From Arcobacteraceae bacterium (lineage in GTDB: Bacteria; Campylobacterota; Campylobacteria; Campylobacterales; Arcobacteraceae): 40,306 nucleotides of DNA. Positions within the stretch are counted from its first letter, which is position 1, and each line of letters begins with the position of its first letter. The stretch spans positions 1 through 40,306 of the forward strand of contig JBLWVX010000022.1 of assembly GCA_048268245.1 (NCBI GenBank), written 5' to 3'. Below, piece after piece: positions 1 through 10,892 of the stretch. The position numbers were made by a program, and so were the translations under genes. Under the pieces are notes generated by a model. It worked only from the letters and a program-made list of their open reading frames with translations, was not told where the DNA came from and ran no database searches.

Positions 1-131
1 TTGAATTTATTGCAAACAAAATTGCTGATATTTTAGACGATATTGAAAACACTGAGTTACAAGCAAGTGTTAAGGCTGAACTTAAAGATTTAGCTAATAA
101 CTTTGTTATTTACAATCAGTCTACTTACTAA
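1..131 (+). CDS. glyA: Serine hydroxymethyltransferase, 3' end (partial)
   Basis: Frame from nt 3 reads [42 protein letters not shown] (TAA 129-131), resembling the Campylobacterota GlyA C-terminus. Not in the ORF track. Confidence 0.8.
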   Translation, partial: EFIANKIADILDDIENTELQASVKAELKDLANNFVIYNQSTY

Positions 132-154
132 ATTTTGATAAATAAGGATCAATT

Positions 155-1084
155 ATGGAAATTAAAGGCGATGATTTTTTAAAAAAAATCCAAGTGCATC
201 AAGAAAGAGAAGAGTTAGAACAAAAACTAAATGAATTAGAAGAAGTTGAAAGCCATATAGGTAAATCAACTTCATCTAATTTAAATAGTACTCCTCATAA
301 ATCTCAAAGAGTTAGTGAAAACCCAACTGAACAAGAATTAGATAATATAATGCTTCAATCTTCAAAATCAAACGAAGAAAATAAGAAAAGATATCTAATT
401 TTAGGTTTAGTATTAGTTGTTGTATTTTTATTAACTATCATTGTTATTCGCCTTTTAACAGATAGTCCAAAAGAAGATCCTTTTACATCAAATCAAACTG
501 AAACACAACTCGTTCAGACAGGTGAAGACGCAAACATTGAAGAAAACTTTCAAAAAATCATGAATGATAGAGTTAAAAAAAGTAATGAAGATGAAGAAAT
601 AATCTCTGAAGAAAAACTAAATGAGATTAAGCAAAGTGTTATTCAAGAAGAAGAACCTAAAAAACAAGCTTCAATTCAAGAGAGTGATTTAGATGCTACA
701 ATTGCTAAAATTAAAGAGCAAAAGAAAAAAGAAGTAGAGCAGAAAAAAGAAGTAATTAAAAAAGAAGTAAAAAAAGAAGAACCTAAAGTTACAAAGCAAG
801 AACCTGTAAAAACTGTAAAACAGTTGATTCAGAATACTTCAGATGCAGCTCCAAAAGGATATTTTGTACAAATTGGTGCATTTAGTAAAACACCAAGTGC
901 AAGTTATATCAATAAAATAAGAGATTCAAACTTAAAATATAAAATTTATAAAGTTGAAGTTAAAGGAAAAATGTACAATAAAGTACTTATAGGACCGTAT
1001 TCTTCAAGAGCAACAGCTAAGCAGAATATAGATGTTATTAAGAAAAAACTGAACCTAAGCAGTGCTTATGTTCTTAAATTTTAG
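155..1084 (+). CDS. SPOR-domain cell division protein (DedD/FtsN-like)
   Basis: One TM helix (YLILGLVLVVVFLLTIIVI), a K/E-rich linker and a C-terminal SPOR motif YFVQIGAFS...KVLIGPY; RBS AAGGA. Confidence 0.85.
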   Translation: MEIKGDDFLKKIQVHQEREELEQKLNELEEVESHIGKSTSSNLNSTPHKSQRVSENPTEQELDNIMLQSSKSNEENKKRYLILGLVLVVVFLLTIIVIRLLTDSPKEDPFTSNQTETQLVQTGEDANIEENFQKIMNDRVKKSNEDEEIISEEKLNEIKQSVIQEEEPKKQASIQESDLDATIAKIKEQKKKEVEQKKEVIKKEVKKEEPKVTKQEPVKTVKQLIQNTSDAAPKGYFVQIGAFSKTPSASYINKIRDSNLKYKIYKVEVKGKMYNKVLIGPYSSRATAKQNIDVIKKKLNLSSAYVLKF

Positions 1085-1096
1085 ACTGGAAGATTA

Positions 1097-2509
1097 ATGA
1101 ATTTTTATAGTAAAGAACTATTTTTAGACCAATTTACACCTGTTTCAATTTATGAAAAGATTAAAGCTTTATACCTAAATGAAGTAACTTTTCTTTTTGA
1201 AAGTACTATCAATTCAAGTGATGGGAACTACTCATTTATTGTAATTGGAGCAAGAGAAAGAGTTTGGTATGAAAATGGAATATGTTACTTTAAAAATGAA
1301 GAAGAAATTACAAAAGAAGTTGAGTCTAATCCTTTAAAGTTTTTACAAAATTATTATAAAAATTTTGATAAAGATTTTTATAAACAAAAAGCACAAGAAC
1401 TTGGTATTGGTTTTGTAGATGGATTTATTGGAAATATTGGTTATGATATAGGTAAAGAGTTTGAGCCAACACTAAAAAAATCAATGAACTCTTTGGAAGA
1501 CCAGTTAAATATTCCTGATTTAGACTTAATTAGACCAAATATAATTTTAGGTTTTTCACATAAAACATCAAAACTAATTATGTTAACTTCTGTTGATTCA
1601 TTCAAAAATGAGCTTGATAAAATAGAAAAAGAGCTTTATACTCCTTATGTATATCAAGCTCCTAAAAAAGCTGAAATATTAGATGAAGGAAAATTCAACT
1701 TCACAAAAGAACAATTCTTTGATATGGTTGCAAAATCAAAAGAAATGATAAGATCGGGGGATGTTTTCCAAATTCTTATGTCAAATAGATTTATTCAAAA
1801 AGCAAAGGTTGATAACTTAAGTTTTTATAGATCTCTTCGAAGTAAAAACCCAAGTCCATATTTAATTTTCCTAGAGTATGAAAACTTTTGTATCGCAGGA
1901 AGTTCACCTGAGGTTATGGTAAAACTTGTAGATGGTCATTTACTACTAAGACCAATTGCAGGAACAAGAAAAAGAGGTAAGACTTTAGAAAAAGACTTAG
2001 AGATGGAAAATGAGCTTAAAAATGATGTAAAAGAGAATGCTGAACATCTAATGCTTGTTGACCTTGGAAGAAATGATGTGGGAAGAGTTGCTAAAGCTGG
2101 AACTGTAAAAGTTACTGATTTAATGAGAATAGAAAAATACTCACATGTTATGCATATAGTATCAGATGTTGAAGCTGTTATTGATGACTCTAAATATGAT
2201 ATGTTTGATTTATTCATGGCTACTTTTACAGCTGGAACTATGACAGGAGCTCCAAAAATTAGGGCAATGGAATTAATTGCCGAGTTTGAAGGTATCAAAA
2301 GGAACTTCTATTCAGGAAGTGTTGGGTACTTTGGATTTGATGGAAATATGGATAGCTGTATTACTATTAGAACAACTATGCTTACAGATGATACAGTAAT
2401 TTTCCAAGCAGGTGCTGGTGTTGTTGCTGATTCTATTCCTGAAGATGAATATTTAGAAGTACATAACAAACTTGCAGCAAATATTGCAACACTAAAAGAC
2501 TTATCTTAA
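1097..2509 (+). CDS. trpE: Anthranilate synthase component I family protein
   Basis: Chorismate-binding motifs LFES, NPSPY, GSSPE, PIAGTRKRG, EHLMLVDLGRND, GAPKIRAM, QAGAGVVADS. No trpG adjacent; PabB cannot be fully excluded. Confidence 0.8.
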   Translation: MNFYSKELFLDQFTPVSIYEKIKALYLNEVTFLFESTINSSDGNYSFIVIGARERVWYENGICYFKNEEEITKEVESNPLKFLQNYYKNFDKDFYKQKAQELGIGFVDGFIGNIGYDIGKEFEPTLKKSMNSLEDQLNIPDLDLIRPNIILGFSHKTSKLIMLTSVDSFKNELDKIEKELYTPYVYQAPKKAEILDEGKFNFTKEQFFDMVAKSKEMIRSGDVFQILMSNRFIQKAKVDNLSFYRSLRSKNPSPYLIFLEYENFCIAGSSPEVMVKLVDGHLLLRPIAGTRKRGKTLEKDLEMENELKNDVKENAEHLMLVDLGRNDVGRVAKAGTVKVTDLMRIEKYSHVMHIVSDVEAVIDDSKYDMFDLFMATFTAGTMTGAPKIRAMELIAEFEGIKRNFYSGSVGYFGFDGNMDSCITIRTTMLTDDTVIFQAGAGVVADSIPEDEYLEVHNKLAANIATLKDLS

Positions 2510-2535
2510 AAAATAAAACTTTATTCTCTTCTTTA

Positions 2536-2581
2536 TTTAATATTGGATATGATTTCATCATTGAAATAATCCAATATTAAA
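2536..2581. promoter_or_regulatory. Long inverted repeat directly upstream of the pdxJ RBS
   Basis: TTTAATATTGGAT (2536-2548) / ATCCAATATTAAA (2569-2581), with inner ATTTCA/TGAAAT; contains TATGAT at 2548-2553. Confidence 0.5.
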
Positions 2582-2590
2582 GGACATACT

Positions 2591-3370
2591 TTGTTACTTG
2601 GCGTAAATATAGACCACATTGCTGTTTTAAGAGAAGCTAGAAAAATCAACGACCCTAACCCCCTAGATGCTGTAAGTATTTGTAAACTTTCAGGTGCTGA
2701 TCAAATCACTATACACTTAAGAGAAGATAGAAGACATATACATGACAATGATGCAAAAGTTATTATTGAACAATCTGCATTACCTGTAAACCTAGAGTGT
2801 GCTATTGATGATGAGATTATTGATATAGTTTGTAACTTAAAACCTGCACGAGCTACACTTGTTCCTGAGAAAAGAGAAGAAGTTACAACTGAGGGTGGAT
2901 TAGATTTATCAAAGTATTTTGAAAAAATCCATAGTGCTGTAAAAAAATTACATGAAAATGAAATTGAAGTATCTTTATTTATTGATCCTGACTTAAAAAT
3001 GATTGAATTATCAAAAGCTTTAAATGTAGAATGGATTGAACTTCATACAGGAACATTTGCAAATATATATGCTATGTTAAACTCAAATCTAAAAAATACT
3101 CATCATACTATAAAAGAACTTGAGCTAACAAAAAATGAATTAAAAGAAAAATTAGATAATTCAATTGAAGAAATTACAAAAGCAACTTCTTTTGCAAAAA
3201 AATTAAATTTAAAAGTTGCAGCAGGACATGGGCTTAATTATCAAAATGTAACTCTTATTAAAGCAATTGAAGGGATAGAAGAGCTTAATATTGGTCAAAG
3301 TATTATAGCTAGATCTGTATTTACAGGTTTAAAAGATGCAATTATTGAAATGAAAAACTTAACTAAATAA
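2591..3370 (+). CDS. pdxJ: Pyridoxine 5'-phosphate synthase
   Basis: LGVNIDHIAVLR, ITIHLREDRRHI, VPEKREEVTTEGGLD, AGHGLNY, ELNIGQSII; TTG start with AAGGA RBS. Confidence 0.97.
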   Translation: MLLGVNIDHIAVLREARKINDPNPLDAVSICKLSGADQITIHLREDRRHIHDNDAKVIIEQSALPVNLECAIDDEIIDIVCNLKPARATLVPEKREEVTTEGGLDLSKYFEKIHSAVKKLHENEIEVSLFIDPDLKMIELSKALNVEWIELHTGTFANIYAMLNSNLKNTHHTIKELELTKNELKEKLDNSIEEITKATSFAKKLNLKVAAGHGLNYQNVTLIKAIEGIEELNIGQSIIARSVFTGLKDAIIEMKNLTK

Positions 3371-3378
3371 GGTAGAAT

Positions 3379-4302
3379 ATGAAACCTAAAATAGCAATAA
3401 GTATTGGTGATTTAAATGGTATTGGTATTGAAATAGCATTAAGAACACATGATAAAATATCACAATACTGTAATCCAATATACTGTATAAGCAACAAGAT
3501 GCTAAAACGTGCAGCAAATGAACTAAAACTTGACATTCCTGAAAACTTTATAACTACTAAAGTAAAAGGTGAGCATGAAATAAAAGCAGGTGTTGTTACT
3601 AGAAAAGCAGGTAAATACTCATTTGATTCGTTTATGGAAGCAATTACCTTAGCTGATAATGGTGAAGTTAATGCTGTATGTACTCTTCCCATAAACAAAG
3701 AGTCATGGAATAAAGCAGATATAAAATATAAAGGTCATACCGAAGTTCTAAGAGACTACTTTGGGAAAAATGCAATTATGATGCTTGGATGTAAGAAAAT
3801 GTTTGTAGGTTTATTTACAGAGCATATTCCTTTAAGAAAAGTTGCTAAAAAAGTAAATGAAGAAGACTTAACACAGTTTTTAATAGACTTTTATAAAAAT
3901 GTAAAAGCCAAAAACATTGGTGTTTTAGGTCTAAATCCCCATGCAAGTGATAATGGAGTTTTAGGAGAAGAAGAAGTACAAATTTTCAAAGCTATTAAAA
4001 ATGCAAATAAATCTTTAGGAAATGAAATTTTCAAAGGTCCTTTAGTTCCTGATACTGCATTTTCACCAATGTCAAGAAAAAACTATAAATATTTTGTGGC
4101 AATGTATCATGACCAAGGACTATCTCCGCTTAAAGCTTTATATTTTGATCAAAGTATAAATGTTAGTCTAAATCTTCCTATTATTAGAACTTCTGTTGAT
4201 CATGGAACTGCATTTAATATTGCATATAAAAATCAAAAACTTAATACTAAAAGTTATATAAATGCAATCAAAGAGGCTGTTTCTCTAGTAAACAATAAAT
4301 AA
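3379..4302 (+). CDS. pdxA: 4-hydroxythreonine-4-phosphate dehydrogenase
   Basis: GDLNGIGIEI, PINKE, GHTE, GLNPHA, MYHDQGL, RTSVDHGTAF. Confidence 0.96.
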   Translation: MKPKIAISIGDLNGIGIEIALRTHDKISQYCNPIYCISNKMLKRAANELKLDIPENFITTKVKGEHEIKAGVVTRKAGKYSFDSFMEAITLADNGEVNAVCTLPINKESWNKADIKYKGHTEVLRDYFGKNAIMMLGCKKMFVGLFTEHIPLRKVAKKVNEEDLTQFLIDFYKNVKAKNIGVLGLNPHASDNGVLGEEEVQIFKAIKNANKSLGNEIFKGPLVPDTAFSPMSRKNYKYFVAMYHDQGLSPLKALYFDQSINVSLNLPIIRTSVDHGTAFNIAYKNQKLNTKSYINAIKEAVSLVNNK

Positions 4303-4309
4303 GTTATAA

Positions 4310-5377
4310 ATGAAAACACTAGAAGCCTGCTATGAAATTAATTTTTCTAAAATTAATTTCATTGAGCGAAAAATAAGAGTAACTCACCCAAAAACTATAG
4401 TAAAAGGTGCTTCAAAAGTTGGTAAAAGCTTTTTAATATTTGATTATCTATCAAACTTTAAAACTAGTGAATATATTTATATAGATTTACATGACCCAAG
4501 AAATGACAAAGAGGAAATAAAACTATATTTAGATGATTTTCTAAGAGAGAAAAAAATCAAAGTTTTAGTAATTGAAAGTTTTGATTTTAGTTTTGAAATT
4601 CCATATTGTGATAGTATTATAATTAGCTCAAATATTGATAAAAAAATAAAAGGTTTTAGAGATATAACTGTACTTCCTTTGGACTTTGAGGAATATTTAC
4701 TTCATGATAAAAGATATCAAAACACAACTCAAAGTTTTAATAACTTCCTAAAATACGGGAATTTACCTGAAGTTTTAAATGTTGATGAACATAGAAAGAT
4801 ACAAAGACTTCAAGAGATTATAAAACTTCAATCAAAAGATAATACACACTTTGAGATACTAAATATTTTATTTGAAAATGTTGATGAAAAAAAGTCTTTA
4901 TATCAGTTATTTAACACTTTAAAAACTAAAATAAAAATATCAAAAGATAAATTTTATAATACGTGTAAAAGTTTAGAACATGAAAATACTATCTATTTTC
5001 TTACTAAATATAATCAAGAAAAAGCAACAAAAAAGATATACTCATATAATCACTCTTTTTTAAATGTTATAAGTCATAATAAAAAGTTTAAGAATGAGTT
5101 TGCAAATATGATTTTCTTAGAATTAATACACAAGAATAAAGAAATTTACTACTTAGACTATATTGATTTTTATATAAAAGATACAAGTCAAGCAATTGTA
5201 GCTATTCCTTTTTTCAATACTTTTTTAATGAGTTCAACATTAAAAAAAATATATAGAAATATGAGTGAACATAATATTGAAGAACTTTTTATTATAACTA
5301 TTTCAAATACTGAAATAATTAAGCATAAAAAATTCAAAATAAATGTACTTCCCTTTTATGAATGGGCTTTAAGTTAA
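4310..5377 (+). CDS. P-loop ATP-binding protein (AAA_14/DUF4143-like)
   Basis: Walker A-like GASKVGKS, PLDFEEYL, FLKYGNLPE and C-terminal IDFY...LPFYEW are typical of this family; Walker B looks degenerate. Confidence 0.7.
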   Translation: MKTLEACYEINFSKINFIERKIRVTHPKTIVKGASKVGKSFLIFDYLSNFKTSEYIYIDLHDPRNDKEEIKLYLDDFLREKKIKVLVIESFDFSFEIPYCDSIIISSNIDKKIKGFRDITVLPLDFEEYLLHDKRYQNTTQSFNNFLKYGNLPEVLNVDEHRKIQRLQEIIKLQSKDNTHFEILNILFENVDEKKSLYQLFNTLKTKIKISKDKFYNTCKSLEHENTIYFLTKYNQEKATKKIYSYNHSFLNVISHNKKFKNEFANMIFLELIHKNKEIYYLDYIDFYIKDTSQAIVAIPFFNTFLMSSTLKKIYRNMSEHNIEELFIITISNTEIIKHKKFKINVLPFYEWALS

Positions 5378-5383
5378 AGCATT

Positions 5384-5420
5384 GTTAATCAAATATTAAT
5401 CTAAACTTAGATATAATCGC
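5384..5420 (+). promoter_or_regulatory. Putative sigma70 promoter of the pyrH operon
   Basis: TATAAT at 5412-5417 followed by CGC, preceded by TTAATC repeats 11 bp apart (5385, 5396). Confidence 0.55.
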
Positions 5421-5440
5421 AAAATTGTAAAGGAACATAG

Positions 5441-6148
<708 letters not shown>

Positions 6149-6163
6149 AAAAAAGGATTTTCA

Positions 6164-6382
6164 ATGATGAGATTAGAAGAGAGAATGACAAAAGCCTTAA
6201 AACAAGTAAATAATGATAGATACATCTTAGCTATTGCTGTTGGTCAAAGAGCTGATGAATTAAGTAAAGGTGCTAAACCACTATTAGAACAAAATACACA
6301 AAACATGAAATATACTGATATTGCAATTGATGAGATTGCAAATGGTTTATTAAAAATTGATGGTTTTGTAGAAGAAGAATAG
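6164..6382 (+). CDS. rpoZ: RNA polymerase omega subunit
   Basis: NDRYILAIAVGQRADEL and IAIDEIANG; lies between pyrH and spoT. Confidence 0.92.
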   Translation: MMRLEERMTKALKQVNNDRYILAIAVGQRADELSKGAKPLLEQNTQNMKYTDIAIDEIANGLLKIDGFVEEE

Positions 6383-6409
6383 TTATAAAAGCTTAAAGCT
6401 TTTATAACT
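6381..6409 (+). terminator. Hairpin between rpoZ and spoT (possible partial terminator)
   Basis: Perfect 12-bp stem AGTTATAAAAGC-TTAAA-GCTTTTATAACT. Confidence 0.45.
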
Positions 6410-6421
6410 TAGTTGGTGATC

Positions 6422-8569
6422 ATGGATCCATTTATTACAAAAATTCAAAATATTAATACTATTGAAGATGCACTTGCAGAACTTCATAACCAAACAGAAC
6501 TTTCCCCTAAACTACAAGATTTAATCAACTTTATCATAGAAGCGCATAAAAGTCAGTTTAGAAAAAGTGGTGAACCATACAGTGTGCACCCAATTCTAGT
6601 TGCTTGTATCACAGCTCATTTTTCACAAGAAGAAGCTATTATTGCAACAGCCTTACTACATGATGTTGTTGAAGATACACATTTTTCTCTTGATTACGTA
6701 AAAGAACGATGGGGAAGTGATATTGCTCATATGGTTGATGGTTTAACAAAAATTGTAGAGATTAGAGAAACAGAGTTTGTAGCATCAAACAATACTAATG
6801 ACTCAAAACTTATATCTTCTGCTTTAACATTTAGAAAAATGCTTATTGCATCAATTGATGATGTAAGAGTTTTAGTTGTTAAACTTTGTGATAGACTTCA
6901 CAATATGTTAACACTTTCAGCACTTCCACCTAATAAACAAAAAAGAATTGCCGAAGAGACATTAGTAGTTTATGTACCCATTGCAAATAGACTAGGAATT
7001 TCTACACTTAAAAATGCCCTAGAAGATTTAGCATTTTATTATATCTATCCAGATGAATATAAAAAAATTGATCAATTTTTAGAAGAGCAACAACATGCTA
7101 TGCAATTAAATTTCAATAATTTTATTTCAACAACAACAAAACTTTTAGAAAAAAATGGTTTTGATCCAGATAAATTTAAAATCTACAGTAGAGTAAAACA
7201 CCACTACTCTATATATTTAAAAATGCAAAGAAAAGGTATCTCCATAGATGAAGTACTTGATTTATTTGCTATTAGAATTTTAGTTGAAGATGATATTTCT
7301 TGTTACAAAGTTTTAGGATTTATACATCTTGAGTTTAAACCTTTAATTTCAAGGTTTAAAGATTATGTAGCTACACCAAAAGAGAATGGTTATCAAACTA
7401 TTCATACAACAGTTTTTTCAAACTCAAAGATTTATGAAATACAAATCAGATCTTTTGAAATGAATAAAATTGCAGAGTTTGGTATTGCTGCACACTGGAA
7501 ATATAAATCAGGTGAAAAAAATACAACAAATTTAAATTGGTTAAAATCATTAGAATTTTCAAATGACAATATTGAAGAGTTTTATCAAGATACTAAAAAT
7601 GAACTTTATGGTGAAGATATGGTTGTTTACTCTCCAAAAGGTGAAACATTTAATCTTCCAACAGGTTCAACTGCTTATGATTTTGCCTTTGCAATTCATA
7701 GTGATATTGGTAAGAAAGCAACTGCTTGTTACATAAATAAAATAAAAAAACCTTTATTAACAGAGCTTAAAAGTACAGATATTGTTTCAATAGAAACAGG
7801 AGATAAAGAAATAGCTAGATGTAGTTGGTATGATATGGTAAAAACATCAAGAGCTAAAAAACAAATCAAGCTCTTATGTACTCATAGAAAAAGAGAAATT
7901 GATGAAATGTCTGGGAAAAATATCATTGATACTATTTTTTCAAGATATCATAATGAAGTATCAAAAAAATACCCATATGAAGCACCATATAAAGTACCAG
8001 AAATTCTTGAATACTTTAAATATGTAAAGCAAACTGTTGAAAAAAGTATTGTAAAAGATAAAGGTATAGTTACAAGATTTAAAATCTTAACTAGTAAAGT
8101 AAAAGAGTATAAATTTGACAATATATTAATATATTCAAATTTTAGTATTAATTCTGTATCATTTGACCACTGTTGTCACCCTAAATTTGGTGATGACATT
8201 GTTGCATTTAGAAATGGCAATGAAGCAATTTTGCATCACAAGATGTGTGATAAAGCATATGAAAAAATTAAACAAAAACATCAAATGCTATTTTGTAAAT
8301 GGACAAGAGATACTTTATATCAATATAAAATGCTTGTAAGCCTTCCTAATACAAAAGGAGAGTTAGCAAGACTACTTACTTATATGAGCCAATATGAAGG
8401 TTATATATTATCAGTAGATTATGGTAGACAAAAGCACTCATATAGACAGTATTGTGATATAGAGTTTGAAATTAATAAACCAAATATAGATGAAGTTAGA
8501 AGAATAATAGAGAAAAAAGTAAAAGTAATAGAATTTTTTTCAAAAAAAGACGCATATAAAAATAAGTAA
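6422..8569 (+). CDS. spoT: Bifunctional (p)ppGpp synthetase/hydrolase
   Basis: RKSGEPY, HD motif LHDVVED, DRLHNM, synthetase DLFAIR/GYQTIH/EIQIR, TGS (DFAFAIHSDIG), C-terminal ACT-like domain. ATG 6422 preferred; TTG 6413 or GTG 6416 possible. Confidence 0.95.
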   Translation: MDPFITKIQNINTIEDALAELHNQTELSPKLQDLINFIIEAHKSQFRKSGEPYSVHPILVACITAHFSQEEAIIATALLHDVVEDTHFSLDYVKERWGSDIAHMVDGLTKIVEIRETEFVASNNTNDSKLISSALTFRKMLIASIDDVRVLVVKLCDRLHNMLTLSALPPNKQKRIAEETLVVYVPIANRLGISTLKNALEDLAFYYIYPDEYKKIDQFLEEQQHAMQLNFNNFISTTTKLLEKNGFDPDKFKIYSRVKHHYSIYLKMQRKGISIDEVLDLFAIRILVEDDISCYKVLGFIHLEFKPLISRFKDYVATPKENGYQTIHTTVFSNSKIYEIQIRSFEMNKIAEFGIAAHWKYKSGEKNTTNLNWLKSLEFSNDNIEEFYQDTKNELYGEDMVVYSPKGETFNLPTGSTAYDFAFAIHSDIGKKATACYINKIKKPLLTELKSTDIVSIETGDKEIARCSWYDMVKTSRAKKQIKLLCTHRKREIDEMSGKNIIDTIFSRYHNEVSKKYPYEAPYKVPEILEYFKYVKQTVEKSIVKDKGIVTRFKILTSKVKEYKFDNILIYSNFSINSVSFDHCCHPKFGDDIVAFRNGNEAILHHKMCDKAYEKIKQKHQMLFCKWTRDTLYQYKMLVSLPNTKGELARLLTYMSQYEGYILSVDYGRQKHSYRQYCDIEFEINKPNIDEVRRIIEKKVKVIEFFSKKDAYKNK

Positions 8570-8585
8570 AGGATAAGAGAAGTTT

Positions 8586-9794
8586 ATGGAACAGAAAATA
8601 CAAGAAGCATTAGCAGAAATAAATAGAGGAACTGCTGAGATTATTGATAATGAAAGAATTGAAAAGCTTGTAAGAAGATATTTTGAAACAGGTGAAAACT
8701 TCTATGTAAAAGCTGGATTTGATCCAACTGCTCCTGATTTACACTTAGGACATACAGTTCTAATTCAAAAAATGGCAACATTCCAAAAGTTTGGAGGAAT
8801 TATTCAATTCCTAATTGGAGACTTTACAGCTAGTATTGGTGATCCAACAGGAAAGAGTGAAACAAGAAAAGTTTTAAGTAATGAACAAGTATTAAAAAAT
8901 GCAGAAACATATAAAGAACAGGTATTTAAAATTTTAGATCCAAAAAAAACAGAAGTAATGTTTAACTCTAAATGGTTAAACGAATTAGGAACAGCTGGAA
9001 TTATAAACCTTGCTTCAAATTTAACTGTTGCAAGAATGTTAGAAAGAGATGACTTTGCAAAAAGATATGCATCAAATACACCTATTGCAGTAAGTGAATT
9101 TACATACCCACTATTACAGGGATATGATTCAGTTGCAATGGACACAGATATTGAAATGGGTGGAACTGACCAAAAGTTTAATTTACTTATGGGAAGAACA
9201 CTACAAAAAGCTTATGACTGTAAAAAACAGCAAGCAGTTTTAATGATGCCCATTTTAGAAGGTCTAGACGGTGTACAAAAAATGTCTAAATCTTTAGGTA
9301 ACTATATTGGTGTTACTGATGAAGCATTTGATATGTTTGGTAAAGTGTTATCTATTTCAGACGAATTAATGTGGAGATATTATGAATTACTATCTTCAAA
9401 ATCTTTAAAAGAAATAGAAGAGTTAAAAACAGCAGTTCAAAACAAAGAAGTTCATCCTAAAGATGCAAAAGATACTTTAGCTATGGAAATTGTTGATAGA
9501 TACCATGGAGTTGGTGCTGGCGAAAAAGCAAAAGAAGAATTCAAAAAAGTATTTGCTAAAAAAGATATTCCAACAGAAATGGATGAGTATACTTTTGAAG
9601 AGAACTCTTGGATTTGTCAAGTATTAGTTGATGCTAATCTTGTAAATTCTACATCTCAAGCAAGAAGAGATATCAAAGCTGGTGCAGTTAAAATAAATCA
9701 ACAAAAAGTAACAGATGATAAACTAAATTTAGTGAATGGTGAGTATATTTTACAAAAAGGTAAAAAGAATTTCGCTAAGATTGTAATAAAATAA
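8586..9794 (+). CDS. tyrS: Tyrosine--tRNA ligase
   Basis: [13 protein letters not shown] (HIGH-like), [22 protein letters not shown]-terminal S4 domain. Confidence 0.98.
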   Translation: MEQKIQEALAEINRGTAEIIDNERIEKLVRRYFETGENFYVKAGFDPTAPDLHLGHTVLIQKMATFQKFGGIIQFLIGDFTASIGDPTGKSETRKVLSNEQVLKNAETYKEQVFKILDPKKTEVMFNSKWLNELGTAGIINLASNLTVARMLERDDFAKRYASNTPIAVSEFTYPLLQGYDSVAMDTDIEMGGTDQKFNLLMGRTLQKAYDCKKQQAVLMMPILEGLDGVQKMSKSLGNYIGVTDEAFDMFGKVLSISDELMWRYYELLSSKSLKEIEELKTAVQNKEVHPKDAKDTLAMEIVDRYHGVGAGEKAKEEFKKVFAKKDIPTEMDEYTFEENSWICQVLVDANLVNSTSQARRDIKAGAVKINQQKVTDDKLNLVNGEYILQKGKKNFAKIVIK

Positions 9795-9807
9795 ATAAGG
9801 GCTAATT

Positions 9808-10890
9808 TTGAGAATAGGAAAATATGAAATAAAGCACCCCATTATCCAAGGTGGAATGGGTGTAGGAATAAGTTGGGATCAATTAGCTGGAAATGTAAGT
9901 AAAGAAGGTGGACTAGGTGTTATCTCATCTGTAGGTACTGGTTACTATAGAAACAAAAGTGAAAATGTTCAAGTAGTAATGAGAAAAGATAAACCTAAAG
10001 ATGTTGCAAATTTCTATTCAAGAGATGCATTTTTTGAGATTGTTGAAAATGCTAGAAAGATTTGTGGAGATGCACCATTAGCATGTAATATTTTATATGC
10101 TTGTAATGATTATGGAAGAATGGTAAAAGATGCTTGTGAAGCAGGTATTAATATTATTATTACAGGTGCTGGTCTTCCAACTAATATGCCTGAGTTTACA
10201 CAAGATTATCCAGATGTAGCATTAGTTCCAATTGTATCAAGTGCAAGAGCTTTAAAGCTTATTTGTAAAAAATGGAAAAAATATAATAGAGTTCCAGATG
10301 CAATTATCGTTGAGGGTCCACTAAGTGGAGGTCATCAAGGATTTAAATATGAAGATTGTTTTAAAGAAGAATTTCAATTAGAAAATATTGTTGGACCTGT
10401 TATAGAAGAAGCTAAAAATTGGGGAGAAGATATTCCAATTATAGCAGCAGGTGGAATTTGGGATAAAAAAGATATTGAAAAGTTCCAAGCCTTAGGATGT
10501 ACAGGTGTACAAATGGCAACAAGATTTATTGGAACATATGAGTGTGATGCTCATGCAAACTTAAAAAATATTCTTTTAAATGCTAAAGAAGAAGATATTA
10601 AATTAGGTAAATCTCCTGTTGGATTACCAGCAAGATCAGTTAGAACTAATTTACAATTTTCTATGGAAAATAATACAGCTCCAAAAGTACAATGTATATC
10701 AAACTGTGTAGCTCCTTGTAATAGAGGTGTTGAAGCAAAAGCAGTTGGTTATTGTATCGCTGATAGATTAGGTGCTGCGTACAATGGAGACGAAGATACA
10801 GGTCTATTCTTTACAGGTGCTAATGGTTATAGAATAAACAAAATCATTACTGTAAAAGAGCTAATTGAAAAACTTACAAAAGGAGAATAA
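9808..10890 (+). CDS. fabX: Nitronate monooxygenase-family flavoprotein, probable FabX ortholog
   Basis: PIIQGGMGVG, EGPLSGGHQG, AAGGIWD, Cys motif CISNCVAPC...YC; same tyrS-X-amiA position as H. pylori fabX. Confidence 0.65.
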   Translation: MRIGKYEIKHPIIQGGMGVGISWDQLAGNVSKEGGLGVISSVGTGYYRNKSENVQVVMRKDKPKDVANFYSRDAFFEIVENARKICGDAPLACNILYACNDYGRMVKDACEAGINIIITGAGLPTNMPEFTQDYPDVALVPIVSSARALKLICKKWKKYNRVPDAIIVEGPLSGGHQGFKYEDCFKEEFQLENIVGPVIEEAKNWGEDIPIIAAGGIWDKKDIEKFQALGCTGVQMATRFIGTYECDAHANLKNILLNAKEEDIKLGKSPVGLPARSVRTNLQFSMENNTAPKVQCISNCVAPCNRGVEAKAVGYCIADRLGAAYNGDEDTGLFFTGANGYRINKIITVKELIEKLTKGE

Positions 10891-10892
10891 AA

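Noticed and set aside
640..830. AAAGAAG-rich repetitive stretch in the SPOR gene
   Set aside because: It encodes a K/E-rich low-complexity linker; not a tandem array or CRISPR.
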